DNA of 64,000 nt from Rhizophagus irregularis (GCF_026210795.1 NC_089431.1:4588001-4652000), one strand, 5' to 3'; counted from the first letter of the stretch, positions 1 to 12,144 are shown. The notes: a model not told the origin generated them from the sequence alone. Made by a program: numbers and translations.

Positions 1-374
1 TTTCCTTCAATACAATCCCTTACAATTACTACAATTATTATTCTCAATCCTTTTTCCTTCATTTTCGGTTGTTGTCTGTACCTTATTGATTCAATTATTC
101 TATCTACTATATTCCTACATTTTCCTTTATGTATTGTGTCCTCCCTTTCTCTATTGTCCATACTTAATAAATTCAATAATTCTTTATGTGTTACATTATT
201 GTACATTAGTATTGTATCCTCAAATTTAAATAAAGCATCCCAAAATTTCTTGAATGCTGCTGATACTTCTCTTTCTATTGGATTACATATTTCACATGCT
301 AAACATTCCTCTGGTTCTATCACTCCTAGGTCATGTTCTTGTTTTATGGTTTATATATCCAGCGTTCCAAACAT
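1..374 (-). pseudogene. N-terminal part of a second retrotransposon ORF (possibly leading into gag), with one in-frame stop; partial
   Basis: Frame reads MFGTLDI*TIKQEHDLGVIEPEECLACEICNPIEREVSAAFKKFWDALFKFEDT...IIESIRYRQQPKMKEKG...; open from 350 to the window edge, with TAA at 351-353. Confidence 0.55.
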
Positions 375-553
375 GGTACCATTCCATTTTTAATAAAATT
401 CTCTAAAAATTTTCGCGTCTTTTACTTTTTATCCTTCTTTTATATTTTATTTGACCTATACTGGGCTTGCCTTTACCTCATTTGTTCATTACTGAGTATG
501 GTAGTTTACAGGTTTGTACAAATAAATTTATATTTTTCCTTAAAATTCCCAAC

Positions 554-1237
554 CTAAGGTTGGAGTGTGAATCCATATTTGATTTGTCCGATTATTTGTT
601 GTATTTCCGGATTTGTCAATTTTATAATAGTCGTTACAAATGTTTCCTTTACTCTATATATCTTATCTTGACCAATTTCAGTAAAAAGTTTATATATTTT
701 TATAGCTCCTTGCATCCTTTTCCTTAATGCTTCCTTTTTCTTTTGTTTTTCATCAGTACTTTCATTAACTATAAATTCCATCATTTCATCATATAATTCT
801 TCTCTAGCTGTCTGGTCCGGCTTTGTTTGATTTATTCTTGCTTTAATTTCTCGTTCAAAAATTTGTCCAATATTGTACCATATTAAGATGTTTTTACCAT
901 TTGTATTTCCAAGACTGATGTATCTTTCTACTAATTTTTCAACATCATGAATTTCTACATTTTGTATTTCTGGTATCAATAGGTCTTCCACATTTATCGG
1001 TGTCAACAATTCATTTATAAATCTTTCCACTTTATTCTCACTTTTGGTCCTTTTCACATGTTCTCTATTATCACAAGTCAAACATCTCTTTTTTTTCTTC
1101 TTGGGTGGTCTAACATCATAGATAGTCTTTAGACTGATGGCCTTATTATCTTCATTATAAATTTTTAATTTAATTCCTTTTCCTTTACACAAATATTTTT
1201 CTGAATCCTCTTTTGTTAAATTGATTTTGTATTCCAT
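554..1237 (-). CDS. retrotransposon-borne extra ORF, 227 aa, unknown function
   Basis: Intact intronless ORF downstream of the PBS. It has a basic NLS-like PPKKKKKR, a CxxCx4H motif, and a helical C-terminus (LRKRMQGAIKIYKLFTEIGQDKI...) that I recall from Glomeromycota hypothetical proteins. Confidence 0.7.
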   Translation of the reverse strand: MEYKINLTKEDSEKYLCKGKGIKLKIYNEDNKAISLKTIYDVRPPKKKKKRCLTCDNREHVKRTKSENKVERFINELLTPINVEDLLIPEIQNVEIHDVEKLVERYISLGNTNGKNILIWYNIGQIFEREIKARINQTKPDQTAREELYDEMMEFIVNESTDEKQKKKEALRKRMQGAIKIYKLFTEIGQDKIYRVKETFVTTIIKLTNPEIQQIIGQIKYGFTLQP

Positions 1238-1351
1238 TTTATGGGTGAGAGATCGAATTCCTCACCTTCTTATAACTTTCCTTGAATACATTTGTCCAGC
1301 AAATATTATTTTAATTTTTGTTAACGTTAATCATGATTCTTCTTGGGTACC

Positions 1352-1546
1352 CTCACACAGAATTGTTTTTGGAAGTTCACACAGAACTATTCTCAATTGA
1401 TCACACAGAATACCTCAATTGAGTTCACACAGAAAAAGCTCACACAGAACTATTCTCAATTGATCACACAGAAAACCTCAATTGAGTTCACACAGAATTA
1501 TTCTCAATTGATCACACAGAAAACCTCAATTGAGTTCACACAGAAT
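1352..1546. repeat. 24-bp-period minisatellite in the retrotransposon leader
   Basis: Nine copies of the core cacacagaa. Units alternate between tcacacagaactattctcaattga and tcacacagaa(t/a)acctcaattgagt, each holding the palindrome tcaattga. Confidence 0.9.
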
Positions 1547-2130
1547 TACCCTACCATCGTATTTATAGTGTCGGTTTTTTGGGTACACTTTTTATCCTTA
1601 ACTTAACCTCAATTATTTATAAAAATTATTTTTAATCCTTAATTCATGGAACTTATTTACAATTTTCTATTAAAACCCCTTCTAACTTGATTAGCCTCGC
1701 ATTTCCCTTGATAATCAATTACTACCATACATATTTGGTTCATATGTATGAAAATTATTATAATAATAATTTTTCATTGACTTATCAGCCGGTGGTCAAG
1801 TTAGATCAAAAATTTAATTCTTAACATTATCTCTTTATACATTTATGGTCATACTTACCCAAATTAATACCTTTTACCTTGGTAACCATTATTTTCACGT
1901 ATCCTTTAAAATATTTAACTTTATTTTATTAAAATTTAACGTTAATACACCTTAAATTCTTTTTTTTTTTTTTTTTAACCAAGACTTAGAACTTTTAATT
2001 TTATAATTCCTTAACTTCGTCGATCCTTTATTTGTAACTTCTAATGATCACGTGGGGGTGATCATTTTCTTTTCTCAGAGATCCTATACTTATAACCTGT
2101 AGTGATCATGTGAGGATGATCACTTTTCCT

Positions 2131-2148
2131 TTCTCGGAGCATGCACCA
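2131..2148 (-). promoter_or_regulatory. tRNA primer-binding site (PBS), tRNA-Gly-like
   Basis: Minus strand TGGTGCATGCTCCGAGAA (18 nt), 2 nt inside the LTR end, complementary to a tRNA 3' end ...GCAUGCACCA. The Gly assignment is by resemblance to known tRNA-Gly 3' ends only. Confidence 0.75.
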
Positions 2149-2150
2149 CT

Positions 2151-2766
2151 TGTAACACCTGAGCCCATAGAGAATTATGTTTGCCACCTCAGGTATTAAC
2201 AAAATTACTCTTTATTAATAATATAAATAAATACAATAATATGCTTGGTTTAATAACATTAAATAACAAAATAAATAATTCATAACAAAATTCGTCTAAT
2301 TTTCTCTCTCTGTCCTTTCCAAAAGGTGATCTTCACGCCCTTTTATGTTTGTTTTTGTGTAACTAAATTCATAATTTCGATTCATGGATTTAAATTATTA
2401 AAGCATTTCCATTGTTTTAAAGTATTTCCATTATCTTAATTTTGTATCCATTTGATCATCATAAACACCTGAATTATGATTTATAATATTAACGTAGTGA
2501 TCAACAAATTAATCACTTGACACCTCAGATCACTTGATTTCATTCAATTTAGTATCTTTCGGATCCTCATTTATCCTTAAATCTCGTGACTAATAGTTTA
2601 AGGTCATCACGGACCAATTATCCTTGATTCTCATGACTAATAGTTTAACGACTTTTCGGTCCAATTAAAATAAAAATAAAAATAAGTTAAAATTTTATAC
2701 ACTAAGACTAAATGTAATACTGCGCCTCACAATTAATAAATTTACTAGATATACTACGGCATTACA
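2151..2766 (-). repeat. 5' long terminal repeat (616 bp)
   Basis: Starts tgtaac at 2151 and ends attaca at 2766 (TG...CA with 5-bp inverted ends TGTAA/TTACA). Lies 2 nt from the PBS. The partner LTR and TSD are outside the window. Confidence 0.75.
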
Positions 2767-3407
2767 CCGGTTAATTAGAGGTTACGGCGTCCGGCCTGAT
2801 GATCTATCTAAGTCCAGTCATGTTAATTTTTAGCACAGTCATGTGAATTTGGGTCCGAATCATTGGACTATGCGATCCAGTGATTCGCTTAAAATAACTT
2901 GGATCCGATTAATGAGAGTTAGTACTAAAAAATATTTTTTTTTTTATTATTAAATATTTAGTGAGATAATGCTTTTAGTAGATGATATAGTATAAATTGC
3001 TAGAAACCTCTTGTTTCAATAAAATTAAGATGCAATTAATTTTTTGTTATAAGTTTTTAAACATTTTATTGTATAAAAATATTTATTTAAATCTACAACT
3101 AATAATTATTAAATACAAGAAAAAAAAGGTCATGTAAATTTAGTTCGGTCCGATTGATCAAAATTACAGGACTCAGAACAGTTAACTCATTCAATGGTAG
3201 CAAAGTCCAATCAAAGTTTAAATTCGGTCTGCATCAAAATTCACATGACTGTTGACAATTACTGGGAAGATCATCGGACCGGATCCATTATTTCGTACTA
3301 CAAAAACCTGCAATTTAAAAGGCTGAAACTATTTCACAAATTAGGATTCCCAATATTCTTGTACTCTTTTATTCTTTTTTTCTTTCGTTTTAATATTGAT
3401 AATTATA

Positions 3408-4915
3408 ATGGCGGATAATAAATTTTTACCAAAATTATTACAAAATTTACTTGAAATTTTAGACGATGAAGAATATTATGATATTATAATTGAAGTTGGT
3501 AATGACCCTAACGTGAAAATTTTTCGTGCTCATATGGTTATTTTAAATTATCGTTCTCCATATTTTAGAAGAATTTTATCAACTAATAAAAAGAAAAATG
3601 ATGGAGCTTTATCACATATCAAATTACCGAAAATTTTACTTGAAATTTTTCAAATAATTATAAGGTAAGAAATAATAAACTAAATTTTATAATAAAGTGA
3701 TTATTTGTAAAATTTTTTAATTAACGCATTATTATATTTTAGGTATATTTATGGCGGAAAAATTTCTTTAGTTGATTATGATATTTTAGATATTATTAAG
3801 ATATTGGCTGCCGTTAATGAACTAAGTCTTCGGGAATTAATTCCCCATATACAATCATTTTTGATTGAGAACAAAATTTTAATCTAATATACCAGATGGC
3901 CTTTGAAAATGATTCTTTCTTGGATCTTCAAAAGTTTTGCACAGAGTTAATAGCTAAACATCCAGAAAAAATTTTCAGTTCATCTAATTTTACTTCGATT
4001 CCAGAAAAAGCTTTAATCTCTCTTATTCAACATGATAATCATCAAATGGGAGAAGTTCAAGTTTGGGAACATGTACTTAAATGGGGTATTGCAAAAAATC
4101 CTGGACTTTCGTCAGACCCTTCAAGTTATTCAAATGATGATTTTAATGTTTTGAAAAATGATTTACAACATTTTATTCCTTTAATTAAATTTACTGAATT
4201 TACTTCTAGAGAATTCCTGAATGAGGTATATCCGTATAAAAAGATTATTCCTGATGAGATGTGTGAAAATTTAGTCAAATATTTTTTGGATCATGATTAT
4301 GTACCAAGAAAAAAATCAGAACCACAGATTATTAAAGAATTAAATACTAAGGGTATTGATTCAAATATCATTACAATTCAACATGCTGAATTAATCTCAA
4401 AATGGATTGATGGATTAGAAATTACAGATGAATCGAAAAGCTTATATGAATTCAAATTAATTTTTCGTGGATCTCGAGATGGATTTACAGCCAGACAGTT
4501 TCATAAAATATGTGATAATCTATCTCGTACTGTAACAATAATTAAAGTGAAAGACACCAATGAAATTCTTGGAGGATATAACCCGATTGAATGGAAAAAT
4601 AGTAATAATTCTATTAATTGTCATGGTACTACTAAAGATAGTTTTATTTTCTCTTTTATAAATAAAGAAAATATTGAAAATCATATTATTAGTCGAGTGA
4701 AGAATGAAAAATATGCTATATGTAATTGGTTTAATTACGGACCATCATTTGGTAATGAAGATCTTACATTATATGAAGGGTTTCAAAGTGAAGTTTCTTT
4801 TAAAAATAAGAAAAGTCGTTGTTGTAAAAGTTCTTATGACAAACAGATCAGAAAGACGGAAGAAGAATTTTCTGTAGATGAATATGAAGTATTTCAGATT
4901 ATAAATGATAATTGA
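3408..4915 (+). pseudogene. BTB/POZ-BACK-TLDc gene B1, frameshifted
   Basis: Exons 3408-3664 and 3743-4915 (GT-AG). BTB motif FRAHMVILNYRSPYF; TLDc motifs FRGSRDGF, LGGYNP, GPSFG, EYEVF. A ~19-nt deletion at ~3868 relative to B3 gives TAA at 3885-3887. Confidence 0.85.
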
Positions 4916-5812
4916 CAAAATGGTTTGTTAAGAAGTTGTGTATAAAAATATTAATTTTAGTACCACTATAAAATTCAAAGAAACTATTCTATATTGAGCC
5001 ACAGTAAATATTATATCACTTATTATAAATACAGATTTAACATATAGTAGTAATAAAACTGGTGTAACACTAATCATGGGATCTTAAATAAACGATTTAT
5101 GGACAATGAAGATGTTAGATACTAAGTTATGATACACAAATTTAAAAAGCATAAAACAAATAAAAATTTCTAAAGAAAAGGTGAGCAAGTGAAAGGCCTG
5201 GTAGTGTTGTAATTCTCTTAATTTATACGATAAAAATAATTTGCATTTTTTTAACTTTTTTTATATTAACCTTCTTTCTGAAAACAAGTTTAGCATTATC
5301 GTATATATATTGTTCTTAAAGCATGAACCATTAAAACATCATCTACCAAAGTCAAAGATCGGATTTTTATTTTTGTATTATCTAATATTTCATCTGAAGT
5401 TAATCCATTAACTCTATTAATAACCTAAGATGACTCAAAAAAAAAAAATTTTCTTTTTTATAAATCCATAGGTTGTAACTTATTCATAAGGATAATAATA
5501 ATTTTTATGTGGTCATTTTAAATAATATTTATTCGAGAATATACTTATTTTAATTACGCCTCTATAAAAAATATCATTACAAATAATTTTATTATTTTAA
5601 ACAATTATGAAGAATTTAAACCAGTTACGGTATACACAGTTTGGACCAAAAGTGCAATTTTTATTGAAACTTTTGTTCAAAATTTATAATGTGACTTATG
5701 ATTTTTAATTTTTTATGGTTTAATGTTTTGCTAAAATGTCTTATAAATGTTATTTGGTTCCTTGATTTATAAATGCAAATTTGTCATCTAATCAATATTT
5801 TTATAATAAAAT

Positions 5813-6199
5813 CCCTGTAAAAAAAGTCAATCCGTTTTTTTTATTCCATCTTTTTTCCGTAAAAGGCTCATATTTCCGGAATTAATAACTTTATATCACG
5901 GAATTTATCGAATTATGGTATGCGATTCTGTAAAAATTTCTGATTCTTCACTTTTAGTTTAGATTTCTTTAATAGTATGAGTTGTGAAGCTACTCTTTTA
6001 TTTTATTTTGATTTTCTTATTTAAATTTAATATTGTTCGATTTTATTGTTCGATTTTAAAATTACAAATAAATATAAAGTCATAAGACTGTTTGACAAAA
6101 GGAATTTATCGAATTATTTGCATTTTCCGTGAATGGATCCGTGAAAGGTTCAATTTCACGGAGTTTTTACAGAAATAACGGATAAAATTTTTTATAGGG
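5813..6199. mobile_element. non-autonomous TIR element (CCC...GGG ends, 3-bp TSD; CMC/CACTA-like MITE), 387 bp
   Basis: Imperfect TIRs ccctgtaaaaaaagtcaatccgtt ... aacggataaaattttttataggg, flanked by AAT on both sides. Confidence 0.8.
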
Positions 6200-6640
6200 A
6201 ATAATAAAATAAAAATCTATTTTTTTAAGTTATTTCTGTAAGATTATTTTATGGCCGTTGAATTATCCAGCAAAAACAAAATCTATTTTAAAAAAGAATA
6301 TTTTTTTTTTTTTATAAATATAAATTTATAATCTTCATCTGAGGATAAGTATTTACAAATATAGTTCATGATTAGTAAATTTGATTTGAAAAAATTATTA
6401 AAATCAAACTGCGCCCAAATATTGATATCACTTTATTAATTAACATTTTTTGGTGAAACATCTAATATAGTAAACTAGGTACTAGGTCTTTGGCGTAAAT
6501 CGGTAATCTCTGTTAAATTAACCGATTCCGATTAATTATCCGTTATTATGTGCTACAAAAGATCTGCAATATAGAGAAGCTGAAACAATTAAGGATTGGC
6601 AAATTCTTATACTCTTTTCTTTATTTTAACATTGACAATA

Positions 6641-8151
6641 ATGGCTGAGAATAAATTTTTACCAAAATTATCACAAAATTTGCTCGAAATTTTAGATGAT
6701 GATGAATATTATGACATTACAATTGAAGTTGGTAATGACCCTAACGTAAGAATATTTCGCGCCCACATGGTTATTTTAAATTATCGTTCCCCTTATTTGC
6801 GAAGAATTTTATCAACTAATAAAAAGAAAAATGATGGAACTTTAGCACATATTAAATTACCAAATATTTTACCTGATATTTTTCAAATAATTATAAGGTA
6901 AGAAATAATAAACTAAATTATCTAAATTGTTACAAAATAAAAATTTTGTTTTAACCAACACATCATTATATCATAGGTATATTTATGGTGGAAGAATTTC
7001 TTTATTAGAATATGATATTTTAGATATTATTAAGATCTTGGTTGCCGCTAACGAATTAAGTCTTCAGGAATTAATTCCCCATTTACAATCATTTTTGATT
7101 AAAAACAAACAAAACTGGGTAGAACAAAATTTTAATCTAATATACCAGATGGCCTTTGAAAATGATTCTTTCTTGGATCTTCGAAAGTTTTGCACAGAGT
7201 TAATATCTAAATATCCAGAAAAAATTTTCAGTTCATCTGATTTTACTTCGATTCCTGAAAAAGCTTTAATCTCTCTTATTCAACATGATAATCATCAAAT
7301 GGGAGAAGTTCAAGTTTGGGAACATGTACTTAAATGGGGTATTGCTCAAAATCCTGGACTTTCTTCGGATCCTTCATGTTATTCAAATGATGATTTTAAA
7401 TCCTTGAAAAATAATTTGCAACAATGTATTACTTTTATTAAATTTACTAAATTTACTTCTAAAGAATTCTTGAATAAGGCATATCCATACAAAAATATTA
7501 TCCCTGAAGAGTTATATGAAGATACGATTAAATACTTTTTGGACAATCCAAATAACAAGTCAGAACCGCAGCCAATCAAAAGTTCCAAAAACATAGATTC
7601 AATAATTATTACAACTCAACATGCTGAATTAATCTCAAAATGGATTGATAGATTAGAAATTACAGATGAATTGAAAAGTTCATATGAATTCAAATTAATT
7701 TTTCGTGGATCTCGTGATGGATTTACAGCTGAACAATTTCATAAAATGTGATGATCAATCTCGTACTGTAACAATAATTAAAGTGAAAGACACCAATGAA
7801 ATTCTTGGAGGATATAATCCGATCAAATGGACAACTAGTAAAAATAGTAGTAATTATAATAGTACAGCTAAAGATAGTTTTATTTTCTCTTTTATGAATA
7901 AAGAAAGTATTCAAAATCATATTATTAGTCGAGTGAAGAATGAAAAATATGCTATAAACAATTGGTACAATTACGGACCATCATTTGGTAAAGATCTTAT
8001 ATTATATGGAGGGTTTCAAGGTGAAGTTTCTTTTAGAAATAAAACAAGTTATTGTTTTAATAAAAGTTCTTATGACAAACAGATCAGAAATACGGAAGAA
8101 AAATTTTCTGTAGATGAATATGAGGTATTTCAGATTATAAATGATAATTGA
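6641..8151 (+). pseudogene. BTB/POZ-BACK-TLDc gene B2, frameshifted in TLDc
   Basis: Exons 6641-6897 and 6977-8151. A 2-nt deletion at ~7745 (cataaaatgtgat versus cataaaatatgtgat in B1) gives a stop at 7749-7751. Could be an assembly error. Confidence 0.8.
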
Positions 8152-9137
8152 AAAAATGGTTTGTTAAGAAGTTGTGTATAAAAACATTAAAATTTAGTAC
8201 CACTATATAATTCAATAAAAAAAAATATATTATGACATGAATATTGTTTCCATTTATATCGCTTATTATAAAATAATACGGATTTATACAATAGTAATAA
8301 AGCTTATAAAATAATAATTACGAAACTTAAATAAAGATTTATAGATAACTAAGTTATTATATATTGACTGAAGTTATAATAATAAATAGTTAATAGTATA
8401 CACAAATTGAATCTATAAACTCGGGTAAAATTTGCCAATAAACTTTATTCTAGTGCGAAATTGAGAACGAGAATATTTATATAATCTATAAAAAATACTG
8501 AATAGTATTATATTACTTATTAGATTTAGCATATACTAGTAATTAAACTTGTGAAGCACTAATCATGGGATCTTAAATAAATGATTCATAGATAATGAAG
8601 TTGTTAGATATTAAGTTATGATAATATATACACAAATTTGAAAAGCATAAAACAAATAAAAATTTCCAAAGAAAAGACAATGAAAAGGTGAGCAAAGGCA
8701 TACCCTATAAAAAATATTTGTCCAATAAATATAAGGAATGGGGCCTGGCAGTGTTGTAATTCTCTTAATTTATACGATGAAAATAATTTACATTTCTTTA
8801 ACTTTTTTATATATATCAACCTGCTGTCTGAAACCAAGTTGAGCATTGTTCTTAAAGCATGAACCATCATTAAACATCATCTACCAATGTATTAACGTTA
8901 AATAAAAATGGATTATTGGCATGATGCAAAATGTGCAAAAAAACTTCAAATGAAATTTCTATTATCTAATATTTCGTCTGAAGTTAATCCATTGACTCTA
9001 TTAATAACCTAAGATGACTCAAAGAAATATTTTCGTTTTTATAAATCCATATATTGTAACTGATAATAGTGGTCATTTTAAATAATATTAAGTTATTCGA
9101 GAATATACTTATTTTAATAAAATAATTTTAAACAATT

Positions 9138-9741
9138 CCCTATAAAAAAAATGTGTCCGGAAAATGTCCGGAAAAAATTGCACAAATTCTGGACATTTTC
9201 ATTGTCCAGAAAATGTCCAGGACATGTTCCAAATTTTGACCATTTCCGGACATTTTTGTCTGGGATCTGTCCAGAATTTCGTCATGTCCAGAATTTGTCA
9301 CAAAAGATGATTGGCAAGATGATCATATACCATCTACACCGAATTTGAGCTACAAGTAAAATCACAAATATATAGTATTTTTGCCTGCTCAGCAAATTTA
9401 ATTAGTACGACAAAGAAGGTTTTGAATGTCAGTTTCTTGCTTTTTACATTTTTTTGTAAAATTAATTTATCTTTTTTTAAGAAACTAGCATCCAAAATTT
9501 GTCCGGAATTTTGTTATGTCCAGAATTTGTACGGTTCAAATTGTCTGAATTTTACTATGTCCGGAATTTGTCCAGTTTTATATGTCCGGAATACATCCTG
9601 AATGCCTATACTAGACATATTCTGGACAAATTCTGAACACATCAAAATTTTAAACATCATGTTTGTGTCAAAAAACTGGACAATTTCCAGACATATCAAA
9701 ATGTTTTCTGGATATTTTCCGGACATTTATTTTTTATAGGG
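9138..9741. mobile_element. non-autonomous TIR element (CCC...GGG, 3-bp TSD ATT), 604 bp, rich in tgtcc(a/g)gaa subrepeats
   Basis: TIRs ccctataaaaaaaatgtgtccggaaaat / attttccggacatttattttttataggg; ATT on both sides. An empty paralogous site, aaacaattatgaagaattt, lies at ~5598-5617. Confidence 0.9.
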
Positions 9742-10884
9742 ATTTTGAAGAATTTAAACCAGTTACGGTACACAGTTTGGACCAAAAGTGCAATTTTTAT
9801 TGAATATTTTTGATATTTTACTTTTTATAAATTTATCATCTGGTATAATCTTCATCTGAGGATATAAAGTACTATTTATAAATATAGTTCGTGATTGATT
9901 TGAAAAATGAAACTGCGCCCAAATATTGATAATATAAAACAAGTTAACATTAAACATGGCAGGGAGCTATAGTCATAGTATAATTAGAACTGTAATAATT
10001 CTGACTTTTTTTTTAATTAAGTTGGTTTATACTACCATACAGTATCATAATTATTATGATAAATAGTTTTTAAGATTTAAAGAGAATTTCTAAATTTTAA
10101 CTGGTGGAAAAATTACTGGTAGATCATGTGATTGTGTATTAAATATTCATGTGATTTATTATGATGATGCAATTTCATTTGGCTCGCTTCGCTCGCCGGG
10201 CTTTTCTAGCCAAACCATAACTTTCACTTTATTTGCAAAATTTTTGATTATATTTAACATATCTATAAAAAAAAATGAGAAATTACTCTTAACTAGCTAT
10301 TAACATAATTTTTTTCTCATTTGGTAAAGGATGATCATTTTCGGTTTATTTTGCTTGTTAATCATTTTTGGCTTAGTTATTTCACTTGTTAATCATTTTA
10401 AGGTTAATTATCTTGATTGTTGTTTATTTTTTGGTTTAAAAATAAAAAAATATATATATCAGAATATGTGATTAACTTTAAATAACAATACAGAAAGATT
10501 GTTTATTACTTGATAAAGCATTTATTTAATATTTACCATCATCATTTTTGGAATTACGGCTCTGGAAAAAAATTTTTCATGATTATATTGTAATAAAACA
10601 ATTCTACTATCCGATTGTTAATCATTTTTAGTTCTGGAAAATTATGATAACTGAATATCATAATAATAAGACAATGATAATGAAATTTTACCATTTAGTT
10701 GTTGTTTATTGTTTTGTTTCAAAATAAAAAATTACTTGATATAACATTTATTTAATTTTATCATCCAATTGTTGAGAAAAAAAATTTTATGATAACATTA
10801 TAATAAAACAACAATCTTATTATCTGATTGTTAATCATTTTTAGAATTACTACCCTGAAAAAATTTTCATGATAGCATTATAAC

Positions 10885-12144
10885 TAAAGTTGCCTGCCAA
10901 AACTCTACAGGCTATTGTCGAAATGTCGAAACTAAAACCTGTAGAAATGCCGAAATGCCGAAATAGTTTCGACATGTCAAAATTGTCGAAACCTAAAAAT
11001 ATTACGTTTCACGTAATAACTCGGCGTCCAATGATCATAGAAAGATGCACCATAGCTCGTTGGAATCGTCTCATAACGACGAGTCGAATGGTGGTTAGAT
11101 CGTCTTTCTACGATCACTGGATGCCGAGATATTGAGCGAAACGTCAAAAATCAGCATTTTGTATTTTGCGATACTGCGCCATTTGACGTTTCACTTAATA
11201 ACTCGGCATCCAATGATCGTAGAAAGATGCACCATAGCTCGTTGGAATCGTCTCATAACGACGAGTCGAATGGTGGTTAGATCGTCTTTCTACGATCACT
11301 GGATGCCGAGATATTGAGCGAAACGTCAAAAATCAGCATTTTGTATTTTGCGATACTGCGCCATTTGACGTTTCACTTAATAACTCGGCATCCAATGATC
11401 GTAGAAAGATGCACCATAGCTCGTTGGAATCGTCTCATAACGACGAGTCGAATGGTGGTTAGATCGTCTTTCTACGATCACTGGATGCCGAGATATTGAG
11501 CGAAACGTCAAAAATCAGCATTTTGTATTTTGCGATACTGCGCCATTTGACGTTTCACTTAATAACTCGGCATCCAATGATCGTAGAAAGATGCACCATA
11601 GCTCGTTGGATTCGTCTCATAACGACGAGTCGAATGGTGGTTAAATCATCTTTCTACGATCATTGGATGCCGAGATAATAGACGAAACGTCAAATGGCGC
11701 AGTAGCGCAAAATACAAAATGCCGATTTTTGACGTTTCGCTCAATATCTCGGCATCCAGTGATCGTAGAAAGACGATTAGCAACCATTCGACTCGTCGTT
11801 ATGAGACGATTCCAACGAGCTATGGTGCATCTTTCTACGATCATTGGATGCCGAGTTATTAAGTGAAACGTCAAATGGCGCAGTATCGCAAAATACAAAA
11901 TGCCGATTTTTGACGTTTCGCTTAATATCTCGGCATCCAGTGATCATAGAAAGACGATTTAGCCACCATTCGACTCGTCGTTATGAGGCGATTCCAACGA
12001 GCTATAGTGCATCTTTCTATGATCATTGGACGCAGAGTTATTACGTGAAATGTAATATTTTTAGGTTTCGACAATTTTGACATGTCAAAATAGTTTTGAC
12101 AATTTTGACATGCCGAAACTCCCTAATTTTGGCAGGGAACTTTA
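10885..12144. mobile_element. non-autonomous hAT-type DNA transposon (1260 bp) with an internal palindromic hairpin array
   Basis: TIRs taaagttgcctgccaaaa / ttttggcagggaacttta. Perfect 8-bp TSD attataac at 10877-10884 and 12145-12152. Subterminal tgtcgaaa/gccgaaa repeats. An 8-bp TSD with a TAAAG start fits the hAT superfamily. Confidence 0.9.
11002..12054. repeat. 182-bp-period array of six ~145-nt hairpin units (four forward, two inverted)
   Basis: Units at 11002-11146, 11184-11328, 11366-11510, 11548-11692, 11730-11873 and 11911-12054, joined by a 37-nt linker. Orientation flips after unit 4. Confidence 0.95.

Larger units (their letters stand above)
1..2766 (-). mobile_element. LTR retrotransposon, 5' part (probably Ty3/Gypsy-like); continues beyond the left edge of the window
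   Basis: Read on the minus strand: LTR (TGTAATG...TGTTACA), then 2 nt, then a PBS starting TGG, a long leader with a minisatellite, and minus-strand ORFs running off the edge. No pol sequence is inside the window, so the superfamily is inferred. Confidence 0.8.

Noticed and set aside
1343..1606. 87-aa repetitive ORF (FTQNYSQLITQ)
   Set aside because: Translation of the leader minisatellite, antisense to the retrotransposon, with a non-ATG start.
2131..2148. tRNA gene
   Set aside because: Only 18 nt resembling a tRNA 3' end including CCA, with no cloverleaf upstream; its position next to the LTR identifies it as a PBS.
9151..9726. Two short ORFs within the 604-bp MITE as transposase fragments
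   Set aside because: No transposase motifs; they derive from tgtccgga subrepeats.
11002..12054. CRISPR-like repeat-spacer array
   Set aside because: The would-be spacers are identical copies, the unit is 182 bp, there are no cas genes, the context is eukaryotic, and the array lies within TIRs and an 8-bp TSD.
10890..12080. Repeated 60-85-aa ORFs (MSETSKISILYF...) as a peptide gene array
   Set aside because: By-products of the 182-bp repeat, present on both strands, several with non-ATG starts, and with no protein features.
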